This document shows positions 18,913 to 27,851 of a DNA stretch of 60,002 nucleotides, piece after piece. Made by a program: the position numbers and the translations under genes. This DNA is from Thermoplasmatales archaeon (GTDB lineage: Archaea > Thermoplasmatota > Thermoplasmata > Methanomassiliicoccales > Methanomethylophilaceae). The DNA is taken from NCBI GenBank assembly GCA_012522645.1, contig JAAYKC010000018.1:1-60002 (forward strand), given 5' to 3'. The notes beneath the pieces were generated by a model. It saw only the letters and a program-made list of their open reading frames with translations. It was not told where the DNA came from and did no database searches. Every line of letters begins with the position of its first letter. Within the stretch, counting starts at the first letter, position 1.

Positions 18913-19868
18913 CTCACGTAAACTGTGTTGAAAACAGCAGGGAATAAGTGGAATGTGGAGAATGCGTAATTTCCAGATATATCGCCGGGAGGGGAGTCGG
19001 AGCTGGTAGTCTCCAGCATCCAATATCCCTTCGATCCGTGGTATATCTCCTTAACATAGTTCACTCCGTATTCCAGCTTATCATTGCCGGAAATGGCTGA
19101 CTTGGTTCCCGCAGGCTTCATCCCGATTATCGCCATGGCATGCCCTGGCAGAAGGGCTATCCCCGAATCGAATCCTGCCGCCGTCAGAAGTGCCGCCGTC
19201 AGAATGGATGTGTCCTCACAGTCCCCGCCCATGAAATAGAGGGTCTCCACAGGATAGTTCCAGTACTCGTCCGTCCCGTGGATGTCCGAATCGTTCAGAT
19301 ACTTCATATTGCTGTCACCGCTGCGGCCGCGGCTCTGGCAGAAGTTTATGAGGAATGTGGCGTAATTCGGATTTGTTGAATCTGCCGGGCCGTATTCCGA
19401 CGGGAACATGTCTCTGAGCTTTGCCTCGATATCAACGATCGTCCGCCCGATCACTATATACTCGCTCACCGCCCAGATCGTCTTGGAGTTGGTGTCTGTT
19501 CCGGAGGTATACGTTGTGTGAGATGAGGAACCGGCCCGATCTATGGTGCTGCTCATAGCGGCATTGAGGTCATCGGCATCGATCTCGAACTCCAGAGTGT
19601 ATGTCTTCGAGTCAACAATGAATCTCCAGCTGTTGGTCCGTACCAGGTTTTCAGTGCTGTCATCCTTGTCCTGGAACAGGAACGGGGCCAGGGACGCAAC
19701 CAACAGGACTATTACGACTGCTGCGACCGCCCTCGCATTGTTTCTTCTTCCGGTCCTGTCGGGGGCATGGGGAACTTCATCGGAATCTTGCAGATAGGCT
19801 CCGCAGCCCGTACAAAAATTCAGGGACTCGTCGTCGTATGTTCTTCCGCACCTCCCGCAACGCCGCAT
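18909..19868 (-). CDS. Zinc-ribbon, single-pass membrane protein with a transglutaminase-like (Cys-protease fold) extracytoplasmic domain
   Basis: MRRCGRCGRTY...CTGCG ribbon, a TM segment, then GGDCEDTSILTAALL...PGHAMAI, which resembles the transglutaminase-core Cys/His arrangement. ATG at 19868 sits about 25-30 nt downstream of a TATA-like box (leaderless). The track start at 19886 is GTG. Confidence 0.55.
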   Translation of the reverse strand: MRRCGRCGRTYDDESLNFCTGCGAYLQDSDEVPHAPDRTGRRNNARAVAAVVIVLLVASLAPFLFQDKDDSTENLVRTNSWRFIVDSKTYTLEFEIDADDLNAAMSSTIDRAGSSSHTTYTSGTDTNSKTIWAVSEYIVIGRTIVDIEAKLRDMFPSEYGPADSTNPNYATFLINFCQSRGRSGDSNMKYLNDSDIHGTDEYWNYPVETLYFMGGDCEDTSILTAALLTAAGFDSGIALLPGHAMAIIGMKPAGTKSAISGNDKLEYGVNYVKEIYHGSKGYWMLETTSSDSPPGDISGNYAFSTFHLFPAVFNTVYVS

Positions 19869-19892
19869 ATGTTCCGACTGAAACACTGTGCT

Positions 19893-19901
19893 GATATATA
19901 C
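19893..19901 (-). promoter_or_regulatory. TATA-like box for the 18909-19868 gene
   Basis: GATATATAC lies 25-33 nt upstream of the ATG at 19868, consistent with a leaderless archaeal transcript. Confidence 0.3.
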
Positions 19902-20040
19902 TGTGGGACCGGCGGACGGCCCTCTTTGCAGCGAAAGTCACACACAGGAACGGTTCATGCTCCCGATGACTGCCGCATGCACCGGCATCGGATCCTTCGC
20001 GGTATCCGGGCCGTTATTGGCGCAGCATCCCGGGACGGTA

Positions 20041-20104
20041 CGGCCGCACGGAGCGGCCGGCTCCCTGATCCCGGAATGCTGCGCATTCTGTTGTTTCGAT
20101 TTCC
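20041..20104. other. Two consecutive GC-rich hairpins plus a T-rich tract in an unusually GC-rich spacer
   Basis: CGGCCGC-acgga-GCGGCCG (20041-20059) and GAATGC-tgc-GCATTC (20074-20088), followed by tgttgtttcgatttcc. Confidence 0.25.
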
Positions 20105-20106
20105 GT

Positions 20107-20463
20107 TCATTCACCGCATTCATCGTGGTGTATATGATCGTTGCAGACCTCCCCGGTGGATTTCAAATTCCCTCTGAGATAGTCTTCCGCTGCAGCTCTG
20201 GCATCCCCGGATGCGCCCACTATGACCTCGATGCCGTTCTCATTGAACAGATCTATGGCTGCGGCGCCCATACCGCCGGATATTATTACGTCCGCCCCGC
20301 GCTCTTTGAGGAAGACCGGCAGGAATCCGGGGCGGTGTCCCGGGTTCTCTATGGCTTCTGAGCCCGTTATAACGTTGTTCTCGGCATCATATGCCCTGAA
20401 ATATCTGCAGTGACCGAAATGTTGGGTCACGTTCTCTCCATCACTTGCTACTATTATTCTCAT
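20107..20463 (-). CDS. NifX/NifB-C-terminal-like (dinitrogenase FeMo-cofactor-binding family) small protein with a Cys/His-rich tail
   Basis: MRIIVASDGENVTQHFGHCRYFRAYD...GMGAAAIDLFNENGIEV fits the PF02579-like pattern. Tail CNDHIHHDECGE. AGGAG lies 9 nt upstream of the ATG at 20463. Confidence 0.7.
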   Translation of the reverse strand: MRIIVASDGENVTQHFGHCRYFRAYDAENNVITGSEAIENPGHRPGFLPVFLKERGADVIISGGMGAAAIDLFNENGIEVIVGASGDARAAAEDYLRGNLKSTGEVCNDHIHHDECGE

Positions 20464-20516
20464 TTTCTCTCTCCTTTCTCTCTGTAAATCATTTAATCGT
20501 GATATTCTGCCCGACA

Positions 20517-21338
20517 TCATATCTCCAATATATCTCCTGTTCTCAGAAGCTGCACGCTCTCTCCCATCATCTCCTTCATCACCTCATAGGCCGAATCATC
20601 GGTGCAGTGACAGGTACAGAACCGGGCCCCTGTATCCGAAAGGGCCTGGGACATCTCGCGTACATACTGCAGGTCCTCTCCGCTCCCGGGCCTTATCCTG
20701 AGGTGGAATCCTCCCATGACAAGATCGGGGTATCTTCCCAGGATCTCCTTGGCCTCGGCGACGATGTTGACGATCCCGCGGTGAGCGCATCCGGTGATCA
20801 ATACGGACTTCCCGCCCTCTTCGACGATCATGTGCTGCTCATGCTCGAAATCGTCCGGACGGACGTTGCCCTCTGACCCTGCGAATAAGGATCTGTTGCT
20901 CTCCGAGACAGGATATTCTGTTCCGACCTCACTGAATATCGTGATACCGTCCCCCAGTCTGACCTTCCCGGACGTCAGGACCATACGGGCATCATCCATG
21001 AGCCCCGGATCCAGACCTATATCCTCATATCTCCCGCCGGATCTCAGAGCCAGATGGCGATCGAAGGCTTTTCTGTGCACATATACCGGAGCGCTCCCGT
21101 TGACCTCCAGGAATCTCGGGATCCCCCCGCCGTGATCGTAATGCCCGTGGGATATGACGGCCATACGGACTTCTGACAGGTCCACTGCCATGATCTCCGC
21201 ATTCCCGGAGAACATATCGCTCTGCCCTGTATCGAAGAGGATGCTCCCTGCCTCTGACTCCAGATGGAGGCTCAGCCCGTGTTCGCCCCTGGGCCCGCCG
21301 GGGACCGATCTGTTATCAGTCAGAACATGTACCTTCAT
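20517..21338 (-). CDS. MBL-fold metallo-hydrolase family protein
   Basis: VISHGHYDHGGG motif. 273 aa. Stop and start overlap with both neighbours. Confidence 0.7.
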   Translation of the reverse strand: MKVHVLTDNRSVPGGPRGEHGLSLHLESEAGSILFDTGQSDMFSGNAEIMAVDLSEVRMAVISHGHYDHGGGIPRFLEVNGSAPVYVHRKAFDRHLALRSGGRYEDIGLDPGLMDDARMVLTSGKVRLGDGITIFSEVGTEYPVSESNRSLFAGSEGNVRPDDFEHEQHMIVEEGGKSVLITGCAHRGIVNIVAEAKEILGRYPDLVMGGFHLRIRPGSGEDLQYVREMSQALSDTGARFCTCHCTDDSAYEVMKEMMGESVQLLRTGDILEI

Positions 21339-22213
21339 CAGGCGGTCTCTCCGAAAAGCAGTTCTTCAACCCTGCCGAAGATGTCCCGGACGGCGTCACC
21401 GGCGGGACTGTCCGCATCTGCGAGAGTAAGGCCGCGGTTCACAGCCTTCACAGCCTCCGGGTCATAAGGGATCTCGCCTATGTACGGCACTTCCCTCTCT
21501 TCGCAGCGCTCCCTTATGCGTTTCGTCAGCCTGGCATTCAGATCGGCCTTGTTCACGCATACGACAGAGTGGGCCTTCAGACCTTTGGCCGTATCGAGTA
21601 TCCTCTCCATGTCACTGAGCCCGGATACGGACGGTTCCGCAACGATCAATACCATGTCGACGCCGGAAATGGACGCTATGACGGGGCACCCGATTCCCGG
21701 AGATCCGTCTATGATCGCCAGTTCCTCGCCTCCGCCCGCCTTGACCATCTGCTTCTTGACCTCGGTGACCAGCAGGCCCGACGTACCGTTGCCTACCCTC
21801 AGCTGTGCGGTCGAGAATATCCCTTTCTCCGGATCTGTGAATAATCTGATGTCTCCTGCCACTGCAGGGCGCATCTCTATGGCTCCGACAGGGCATATCA
21901 CCTCACAGAGCCCGCACCCCTCACAGACGCGTGCATCGACCGTCGTCGTTATTCCGACATTGACGGCATCGAAACGGCACATCTCCGAGCAGAGCCCGCA
22001 CATAGTGCAGGTCCCTTCGTCGATGCGGGCCTTCGGAAGGCCGAAATAGTCCTTCCTTTCCTCTGTGCCGTCGTACTTGAGTATCAGATGAAGATTCGGT
22101 GCGTCCACGTCACAATCCGCGCATGCCCTCGCTTCGAAGAGGCGGATCAGGGCACCTGCGACGGTCGTCTTGCCGGATCCGCCTTTTCCGCTCAGGATCA
22201 GGAGCTGCTTCAT
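21338..22213 (-). CDS. MinD/ParA-type P-loop ATPase with an inserted 2x[4Fe-4S] ferredoxin module
   Basis: GKGGSGKTT P-loop. CTMCGLCSEMCRFDA and CEGCGLCEVICPVGA cluster motifs. Confidence 0.8.
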   Translation of the reverse strand: MKQLLILSGKGGSGKTTVAGALIRLFEARACADCDVDAPNLHLILKYDGTEERKDYFGLPKARIDEGTCTMCGLCSEMCRFDAVNVGITTTVDARVCEGCGLCEVICPVGAIEMRPAVAGDIRLFTDPEKGIFSTAQLRVGNGTSGLLVTEVKKQMVKAGGGEELAIIDGSPGIGCPVIASISGVDMVLIVAEPSVSGLSDMERILDTAKGLKAHSVVCVNKADLNARLTKRIRERCEEREVPYIGEIPYDPEAVKAVNRGLTLADADSPAGDAVRDIFGRVEELLFGETA

Positions 22214-23052
22214 GCCGTCATCTCCAGGATATTATCCAGGATCTTCCGGAACATCTCCCTGAATTCAGCGCTCTCCTCCGATGCTATCCTTGCCTCGGAG
22301 GTGATATCACTCAGCTCCCTGTCGAACGGAATCCTGCCCAGTACCGGGATGTTCCTCTCGGAGCAATACTCCTCCGAGGGATTCGCCTCGCCTTCGATGT
22401 CCTTGTTGAGTATCACCCCGAAGGGTTTGTTGAATGCACGGGATAATTCCACCACAACGTCCAGATTATGCGCCCCGAATATCGTAGGCTCGGTGACCAG
22501 CACGCAGAAATCTGCGTCCTTTATGCTTTCCATGACCGAGCATGAACTGCCGGGGGGGCAGTCTATGAATGTGAGGTCCTCTTCCGACACAGAAGGATTC
22601 TGAAGGAGCCTGGCTATTATAGGCAGACCTGCCACCTCTCCCACGTCCATAACCCCTGTGCGGACGTGCACATCCCCGGAGATTCCTGATTCCACGCGCC
22701 CGATCGCCCTTGGGTGCTCCGTGATTGCCTCCTGCGGGCAGATCACGGCGCATCCCCCGCATGAGTGGCACATCTCGTTGAACACCTTCACGCGGTCCAG
22801 GGTGTACACCATTGCGTTGAACCTGCAGAACTCTATGCATTCTCTGCATCCGTCGCATTTGTCCGGGTCGGAACGGGGCACGAGAACGGATACCTCCTCG
22901 GACACCACTTCCTTCGGTTTGAGATAAAGATGGCCGTTCGGCTCTTCCACGTCGCAGTCCACATATGCAGAGGTTCCTGCGACCTTCGCGAGATTCACCG
23001 ACACCATAGTCTTGCCGGTGCCTCCCTTGCCGCTTAGCACCGCGATATTCAT
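22210..23052 (-). CDS. MinD/ParA-type P-loop ATPase with an inserted 2x[4Fe-4S] ferredoxin module (paralog)
   Basis: GKGGTGKT P-loop. CDGCRECIEFCRFNA and CHSCGGCAVICPQEA motifs. Confidence 0.8.
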   Translation of the reverse strand: MNIAVLSGKGGTGKTMVSVNLAKVAGTSAYVDCDVEEPNGHLYLKPKEVVSEEVSVLVPRSDPDKCDGCRECIEFCRFNAMVYTLDRVKVFNEMCHSCGGCAVICPQEAITEHPRAIGRVESGISGDVHVRTGVMDVGEVAGLPIIARLLQNPSVSEEDLTFIDCPPGSSCSVMESIKDADFCVLVTEPTIFGAHNLDVVVELSRAFNKPFGVILNKDIEGEANPSEEYCSERNIPVLGRIPFDRELSDITSEARIASEESAEFREMFRKILDNILEMTA

Positions 23053-23417
23053 CAGTTGGCCCCGCCGTGATGCCCTTCATGGATTGTCTCCAGTTCATTC
23101 ATGCCCCCTCCCAGGTATGTATCTATGTTCGTCTTCGCCTTCCCGGGGGCAGCTGCCATTATCTTGATGTTCCCCCCGTTGAGCACTTCATAAGCACGGT
23201 CACCGCACCGTATGGTCAGTAGGACCTTTGCTCCCGTGTCTATTATTATCTGAGCGGCCTTGACCCCTGCGCCCGATGGGCTGTCCATGGCCGGATTAGA
23301 TATGAAATCCGAAGCTTTCGCATCCGTATCATAGATCATGAAATACGGTGCTCTGCTGAGCGATTGGGCTATATCCGGATCTTCCGCCTTGCTGTTGACT
23401 GGCATTATTATTTTCAT
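23052..23417 (-). CDS. NifX/NifB-C-terminal-like small protein with a His-rich tail
   Basis: MKIIMPVNS...APYFMIYD...GAGVKAAQIIIDTGAKVLL pattern. Tail HEGHHGGAN. Confidence 0.7.
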   Translation of the reverse strand: MKIIMPVNSKAEDPDIAQSLSRAPYFMIYDTDAKASDFISNPAMDSPSGAGVKAAQIIIDTGAKVLLTIRCGDRAYEVLNGGNIKIMAAAPGKAKTNIDTYLGGGMNELETIHEGHHGGAN

Positions 23418-23418
23418 T

Positions 23419-23799
23419 TCATTCCTCCTGTCTCTCTGATGCGCTTATCGCATCCATACCCCGAATGCGCCTGCAGGTCTTCCGTCTGTGGCAGTCCCCG
23501 CTGTACTCGCATACCCTGTAGTTGCCTCCTCCGATCACCAGAGGTATCCCCTCTACGAGGGATCTCGCCATCTTCCGTCTGGCTTTGCTGTAGATGTCCT
23601 GCACGGTCGTACGGGCAACGCCCATGCGGTCCGCGCATTCATCCTGCTTCATGCCCATGTGATCTATGAGGCGTATCGTCTCATATTCCTCAACGTCCAT
23701 GCAGATTATCTCCTCCGAACTGAAATTCTCATTCAGCGGACCGTACTCCCTTCTGTTTGGGAGCCGGCAGACATTTCTCCGTTTCTTTGGACGCGGCAT
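23419..23799 (-). CDS. DUF134 (UPF0251) predicted DNA-binding protein with a Cys-rich C-terminal tail
   Basis: MPRPKKRRNVCRLPNRREYGP is the characteristic DUF134 N-terminus. HTH-like core MKQDECADRMGVARTTVQDIYSKARRK. Tail VCEYSGDCHRRKTC. Confidence 0.75.
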   Translation of the reverse strand: MPRPKKRRNVCRLPNRREYGPLNENFSSEEIICMDVEEYETIRLIDHMGMKQDECADRMGVARTTVQDIYSKARRKMARSLVEGIPLVIGGGNYRVCEYSGDCHRRKTCRRIRGMDAISASERQEE

Positions 23800-23866
23800 G
23801 ATCGGTTTCTCCTATATGGCACTTGAATCCCGTGAGGGTAATGTGTGCCCGGGGTATTTTAGTTTC

Positions 23867-23878
23867 TGACATATGTCA
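23867..23878. promoter_or_regulatory. Perfect 12-bp palindrome upstream of the DUF134 operon (candidate operator)
   Basis: TGACATATGTCA lies 68-79 nt upstream of the DUF134 ATG, between AT-rich TATA-like stretches. Confidence 0.3.
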
Positions 23879-24054
23879 ATAACTATTCATGTAATAAAAA
23901 GGTTCTGGTGCGGGAACGGACGGAAGAGATGCCGTCGTTATGATATTTTCATCCGAAGGACGCGGTATCCTCCTCTCACTGCCCGTACGGTACGGCATAT
24001 GCCTCCGTCAGGACATCATGGGCATAAATAGCAAAGGATTAATCGACGGAACCC

Positions 24055-25389
24055 TTGAGTCTGACCGTGAGCGTAGAGGATGCAGTGCTTCGGAGGATCG
24101 TGCCCGATCCCGAGCTTTCAGACAGGATCAGGGCTACCACGGAGAAGATGACGGCCGAGACCGAGAGATATCTGGCCGAGAAAGACATCGCTGCAGAGGT
24201 GAGGTGCGTGGGATCCGTCGCCAAGGGCACATTCCTGGCAGAACCCGATATAGATCTTTTCGTGATGTTCCCCGAGGATACTCCGAGAGAAACGATGGAG
24301 GGAAAGGGACTGCGCATCGGAGAGGACATCCTCGGCGGGAGGAAGATGTACGCTGAGCACCCTTACACAACTGGATCATACGACGGCTTCGAAGTGGACC
24401 TGGTCCCCTGCTACAAGGTAACGAGCCCGGAGAAGATGCTCTCCGCCGTCGACAGGACCCCTTTCCATACGGATTATGTGCTCTCCAAAACAGATGCGGC
24501 CGCGAAGGACCAGATCCGTCTTCTGAAGACGTTCATGAAGGGCATATGGGCCTACGGCGCCGAGCCTAACAACAGAGGATTCTCAGGATACCTCTGCGAA
24601 CTGCTTGTGATACGGTACGGTGACTTCAGATCCGTGCTGGAAGCGGGGGCGACCTGGAAGGAGGGCGTTTCCATATCTATGGATAAGAAGGGGCCTCCGA
24701 TGGTCGCTCCCCTGGTATTCTATGATCCGGTGGACCCCCGCAGGAATGTCGCATCCGCCGTTCACGTAGATACCTTCGCCCTGTTCATAACCGCATGCAA
24801 GGCGTATCTCAACGAACCGTCAGAGAATTTCTTCTTCCCGAATGACAGGGTGCCTGCGCCCACATCCGAGCTCAGAAGACTGGTGAAGGTGCACGGAAGC
24901 CGTCTGCTGACCGTGATATTCAAAAGACCCGACATAAACGAGGACAATCTGCACTCCCAGATGTGGAAGACCCGTTATGCGCTCTCCAAGAAATTGGATG
25001 CCTTCTCCTTCAATGTACTGAGGGCGGTTCACGATCTCGGCCGTGAGGATCTGGCATTCATATTCGAACTGGAGAGGGACCTTCTTTCGAAGACGTTCAA
25101 GCACGTGGGCCCCCCGGTGTGGGTCGGCTCTGCCGGATCATTCCTCGAGAAATGGAGAAACAACGAATTCGGCGAGCCTTTCATAGAGGACGGATCCTGG
25201 AAGGTCATAGCTGAGAGGATGTACTTCACTGCGGCCGAGATGCTCGCGGACGAAGCGGTCTTCTCAGGCATAGGGCGTGAGATAGACCCTGCCACAATGA
25301 GGATCCTGGATCACGACGACACGCTGTCGATGGCGGACGCAGGTCTGCTGACCGATCTTCTGGACCCGAAACTGCCTTGGGAGATATGA
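24055..25389 (+). CDS. cca: CCA-adding enzyme (archaeal class I tRNA nucleotidyltransferase)
   Basis: GSVAKGTFLAEPDIDLFVMFP nucleotidyltransferase motif, RTPFHTDYV, about 440 aa. The start is uncertain (TTG at 24055 or GTG at 24067). Confidence 0.85.
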   Translation: MSLTVSVEDAVLRRIVPDPELSDRIRATTEKMTAETERYLAEKDIAAEVRCVGSVAKGTFLAEPDIDLFVMFPEDTPRETMEGKGLRIGEDILGGRKMYAEHPYTTGSYDGFEVDLVPCYKVTSPEKMLSAVDRTPFHTDYVLSKTDAAAKDQIRLLKTFMKGIWAYGAEPNNRGFSGYLCELLVIRYGDFRSVLEAGATWKEGVSISMDKKGPPMVAPLVFYDPVDPRRNVASAVHVDTFALFITACKAYLNEPSENFFFPNDRVPAPTSELRRLVKVHGSRLLTVIFKRPDINEDNLHSQMWKTRYALSKKLDAFSFNVLRAVHDLGREDLAFIFELERDLLSKTFKHVGPPVWVGSAGSFLEKWRNNEFGEPFIEDGSWKVIAERMYFTAAEMLADEAVFSGIGREIDPATMRILDHDDTLSMADAGLLTDLLDPKLPWEI

Positions 25390-25390
25390 A

Positions 25391-25747
25391 TCAGGCGAAT
25401 GGCGGGTTTATCAGAAGTATCCATGTGCCGAGGGACAGAAGGAAGAACAGAATGTAATTCCCCACCATGGTCTTGGCCTCGATAAGATCCAGATCGAATC
25501 TGAGCAGTTTCATGAGCTCCTTCATGCCTGCGATGACCAGGATCAGAAGCAGCATACCGCCGTACCACTCCCAGGCCTTGTGTATGAATGATGCGACGAT
25601 GCCCATCAGGATCGCCAGAAGCGACACTACCAGCAGAATCTTCGTCCCGTAGATGTCCTTGAGGATGAACTCCCTCTCGTCGAAGTCCGGGGGTACGAAC
25701 TCATACTCCTCCTCCTTCGGCTTGGTGCGTCTTCTTTTTTTAGCCAT
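25391..25747 (-). CDS. Small membrane protein (hypothetical)
   Basis: Basic N-terminus MAKKRRRTKPKEEE followed by three hydrophobic segments. ATG at 25747 is preferred over the TTG at 25759. Confidence 0.45.
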   Translation of the reverse strand: MAKKRRRTKPKEEEYEFVPPDFDEREFILKDIYGTKILLVVSLLAILMGIVASFIHKAWEWYGGMLLLILVIAGMKELMKLLRFDLDLIEAKTMVGNYILFFLLSLGTWILLINPPFA

Positions 25748-25872
25748 TGCAGACGACAACCGATGTCTTCCATTTATAGTTTTATAAGGCCGTCCGTTTT
25801 TCGCCCGTTTTCGGACACCCCCCTTTCTCCGCTTAAATACCTGAACCGTTTAGTGAATGCTGAGGTTAAGAA

Positions 25873-26814
25873 ATGGTCAACGAAACCCTTGAAGACATAC
25901 CAGGAGTAGGACCGGCTATAGCAGAAAAACTCCGTGAAGCGGGTTACGACGATCTGATGACAATCGCTGTCGCCTCCCCGGCCGATCTGGCCGAAAAGTG
26001 CGAATTAGGCGATAAGAAAGCTGCAGACATCATTGAAGGCGCCAAGGTCCTTGCGGACATAGGCAACTTCGAGACCGGAGAGGACATCCTTGAGAGAAGG
26101 AAGAGCGTCACCAAGCTCACGACAGGTTCAAAGGCCATCGACGAGCTTTTGGGCGGCGGGCTTGAAACGCAGGCCATAACGGAATTCTTCGGGGAGTTCG
26201 GCAGCAGCAAGACTCAGATCTGCTTCCAATTGGCAGTGAACGCTACCCTTCCCGAAGAGATGGGCGGATTCGACTCAGAGGTCGTGATAATCGACACCGA
26301 GAACACATTCAGGCCCGAGAGGATCATCCAGATGTCGAACTATCTCGGCATCGATTCCGGGGAAGTGCTGAAGAAGATACACGTGGCCCGGGCTTTCAAC
26401 TCCCAGCATCAGATACTGCTGGTGGACAAAGCAATGGAGCTGGCGAAGACGAAGAAGATCAAACTGCTGATCCTTGACTCGCTCACATCCCATTTCAGGG
26501 CTGAGTACATAGGCCGTGGCGCTCTCGCGGAAAGACAGCAGATGCTGAACCGCCACATGCACGATCTCCTGAGCTTCGCCACGCTGAATAATGCTGCGAT
26601 AGCCGTTACCAACCAGGTCTCATCCAAACCGGATGCGTTCTTCGGAGACCCTACCAGGCCCATAGGCGGACATATAGTAGGTCACACTGCTACATTCCGC
26701 ATCTATCTGCGCAAGGGTAAAGCAGGGAAGAGGGTCGCCAGACTCATAGACTCCCCTAACATGCCCGAGGGCGAAGCGGTCTTCATGATAACCGAAGATG
26801 GTATTAAAGACTGA
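25873..26814 (+). CDS. radA: DNA repair and recombination protein RadA
   Basis: N-terminal HhH ([20 protein letters not shown]). Walker [10 protein letters not shown]. 313 aa. Confidence 0.95.
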   Translation: MVNETLEDIPGVGPAIAEKLREAGYDDLMTIAVASPADLAEKCELGDKKAADIIEGAKVLADIGNFETGEDILERRKSVTKLTTGSKAIDELLGGGLETQAITEFFGEFGSSKTQICFQLAVNATLPEEMGGFDSEVVIIDTENTFRPERIIQMSNYLGIDSGEVLKKIHVARAFNSQHQILLVDKAMELAKTKKIKLLILDSLTSHFRAEYIGRGALAERQQMLNRHMHDLLSFATLNNAAIAVTNQVSSKPDAFFGDPTRPIGGHIVGHTATFRIYLRKGKAGKRVARLIDSPNMPEGEAVFMITEDGIKD

Positions 26815-26828
26815 AACATTGGAGGGGT

Positions 26829-27821
26829 GTGAGCCCCTCCCCTTTCTTTTTTGAGCTTTCCGGAGAGCATGGCAGCCTTTGCTCAGCCGAGGCTTTGGGA
26901 TGCCTCAAGGCGGAAGCGCCGGGATTCAAGGCAATGTCTTCGGGCCCGGGCTATCTGATTGCATCGTTCGAACGGGATGCGGTGGACCCCATAGCTGAGA
27001 GGATCTCCCTGACACGGCACATAGGAAGGCATCTCGGTTCCTTTCATCCGGACGATCTCTCAGACTTCGGCGGCATACGGATACCGGAAGGTACTTTCTC
27101 CATAAGATGCAAAAGGTTCGAAGGGATGATCAGGGGGGTAGACTCCCAGGACCTCGTAAGGAAACTGGGAAATGAATTATCCAGGACCAATGACGTGGAC
27201 CTCAAAGACCCGGACATAGAGGTCAGGATCCTGATGAGCGATATGATCCACATATTCCTCTCCGACAGGGCCGTGGACAGGGAGACTTTGGAGAACAGGA
27301 AGGTTAGCGAGCGGCCCTTCTTCTCACCGATATCGCTGCATCCCAAATATGCCAGGGCATTGATCAATCTCACAGGCGCAAGGAAAGGGGACCTGGTCCT
27401 CGATCCGTTCTGCGGCACCGGGGGGATAGTCATCGAAGCTGCGTCGATGGGGATGAGGGCCGTTGCCTCTGATTTTGACCCGGAGATGGTAGCCGGGACC
27501 AGAGAGAACATGGATTTCTTTGGTCTGGAGCTGGAAGACAGCGATGTTTTGGACGTATCTGACATAGGCGGCAGATTCTGTCCCGTGGATGTCATCGCCA
27601 CGGACCCTCCGTACGGCAGGTCAACAAAAACGGGAGGGGAGAATGTCGACAGCATCTATGCCAGAGCCATGATGTCCTTCGGCACGGTGCTGAAACCTAA
27701 CGGTACTGCGGGAGTGGTCCTACCCCATGAACTGGACCCTTCGCCCCTCAGTATGGAGAGCCTGCATGTTCAGAGGGTTCACGGATCCCTGTCCAGATAC
27801 TATCATGTTCTGAGGAACTGA
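26829..27821 (+). CDS. THUMP-domain tRNA (guanine10-N2)-methyltransferase (archaeal Trm11/TrmG10 type)
   Basis: DPFCGTGGIVIEAA SAM motif and ATDPPYG catalytic motif. GTG start preceded by GGAGGGG. Confidence 0.75.
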   Translation: MSPSPFFFELSGEHGSLCSAEALGCLKAEAPGFKAMSSGPGYLIASFERDAVDPIAERISLTRHIGRHLGSFHPDDLSDFGGIRIPEGTFSIRCKRFEGMIRGVDSQDLVRKLGNELSRTNDVDLKDPDIEVRILMSDMIHIFLSDRAVDRETLENRKVSERPFFSPISLHPKYARALINLTGARKGDLVLDPFCGTGGIVIEAASMGMRAVASDFDPEMVAGTRENMDFFGLELEDSDVLDVSDIGGRFCPVDVIATDPPYGRSTKTGGENVDSIYARAMMSFGTVLKPNGTAGVVLPHELDPSPLSMESLHVQRVHGSLSRYYHVLRN

Positions 27822-27851
27822 CTTAATTATATCCAAAGCGGTTACGGCTGC

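Noticed and set aside
19888-20361. 157-aa plus-strand ORF starting in the GC-rich spacer (contains a Cys-rich ECCAFCCFDF stretch)
   Set aside because: Most of it is antisense to the NifX-like gene, and it has no start context or motif. The spacer is instead reported as a possible structured RNA or terminator region.
20107-23417. Reading the NifX-like and MinD-like genes as evidence for nitrogen fixation
   Set aside because: No nifH, nifD, nifK, nifE, nifN or nifB radical-SAM domain is in the window. NifX-fold and MinD-ferredoxin proteins occur widely in non-diazotrophs.
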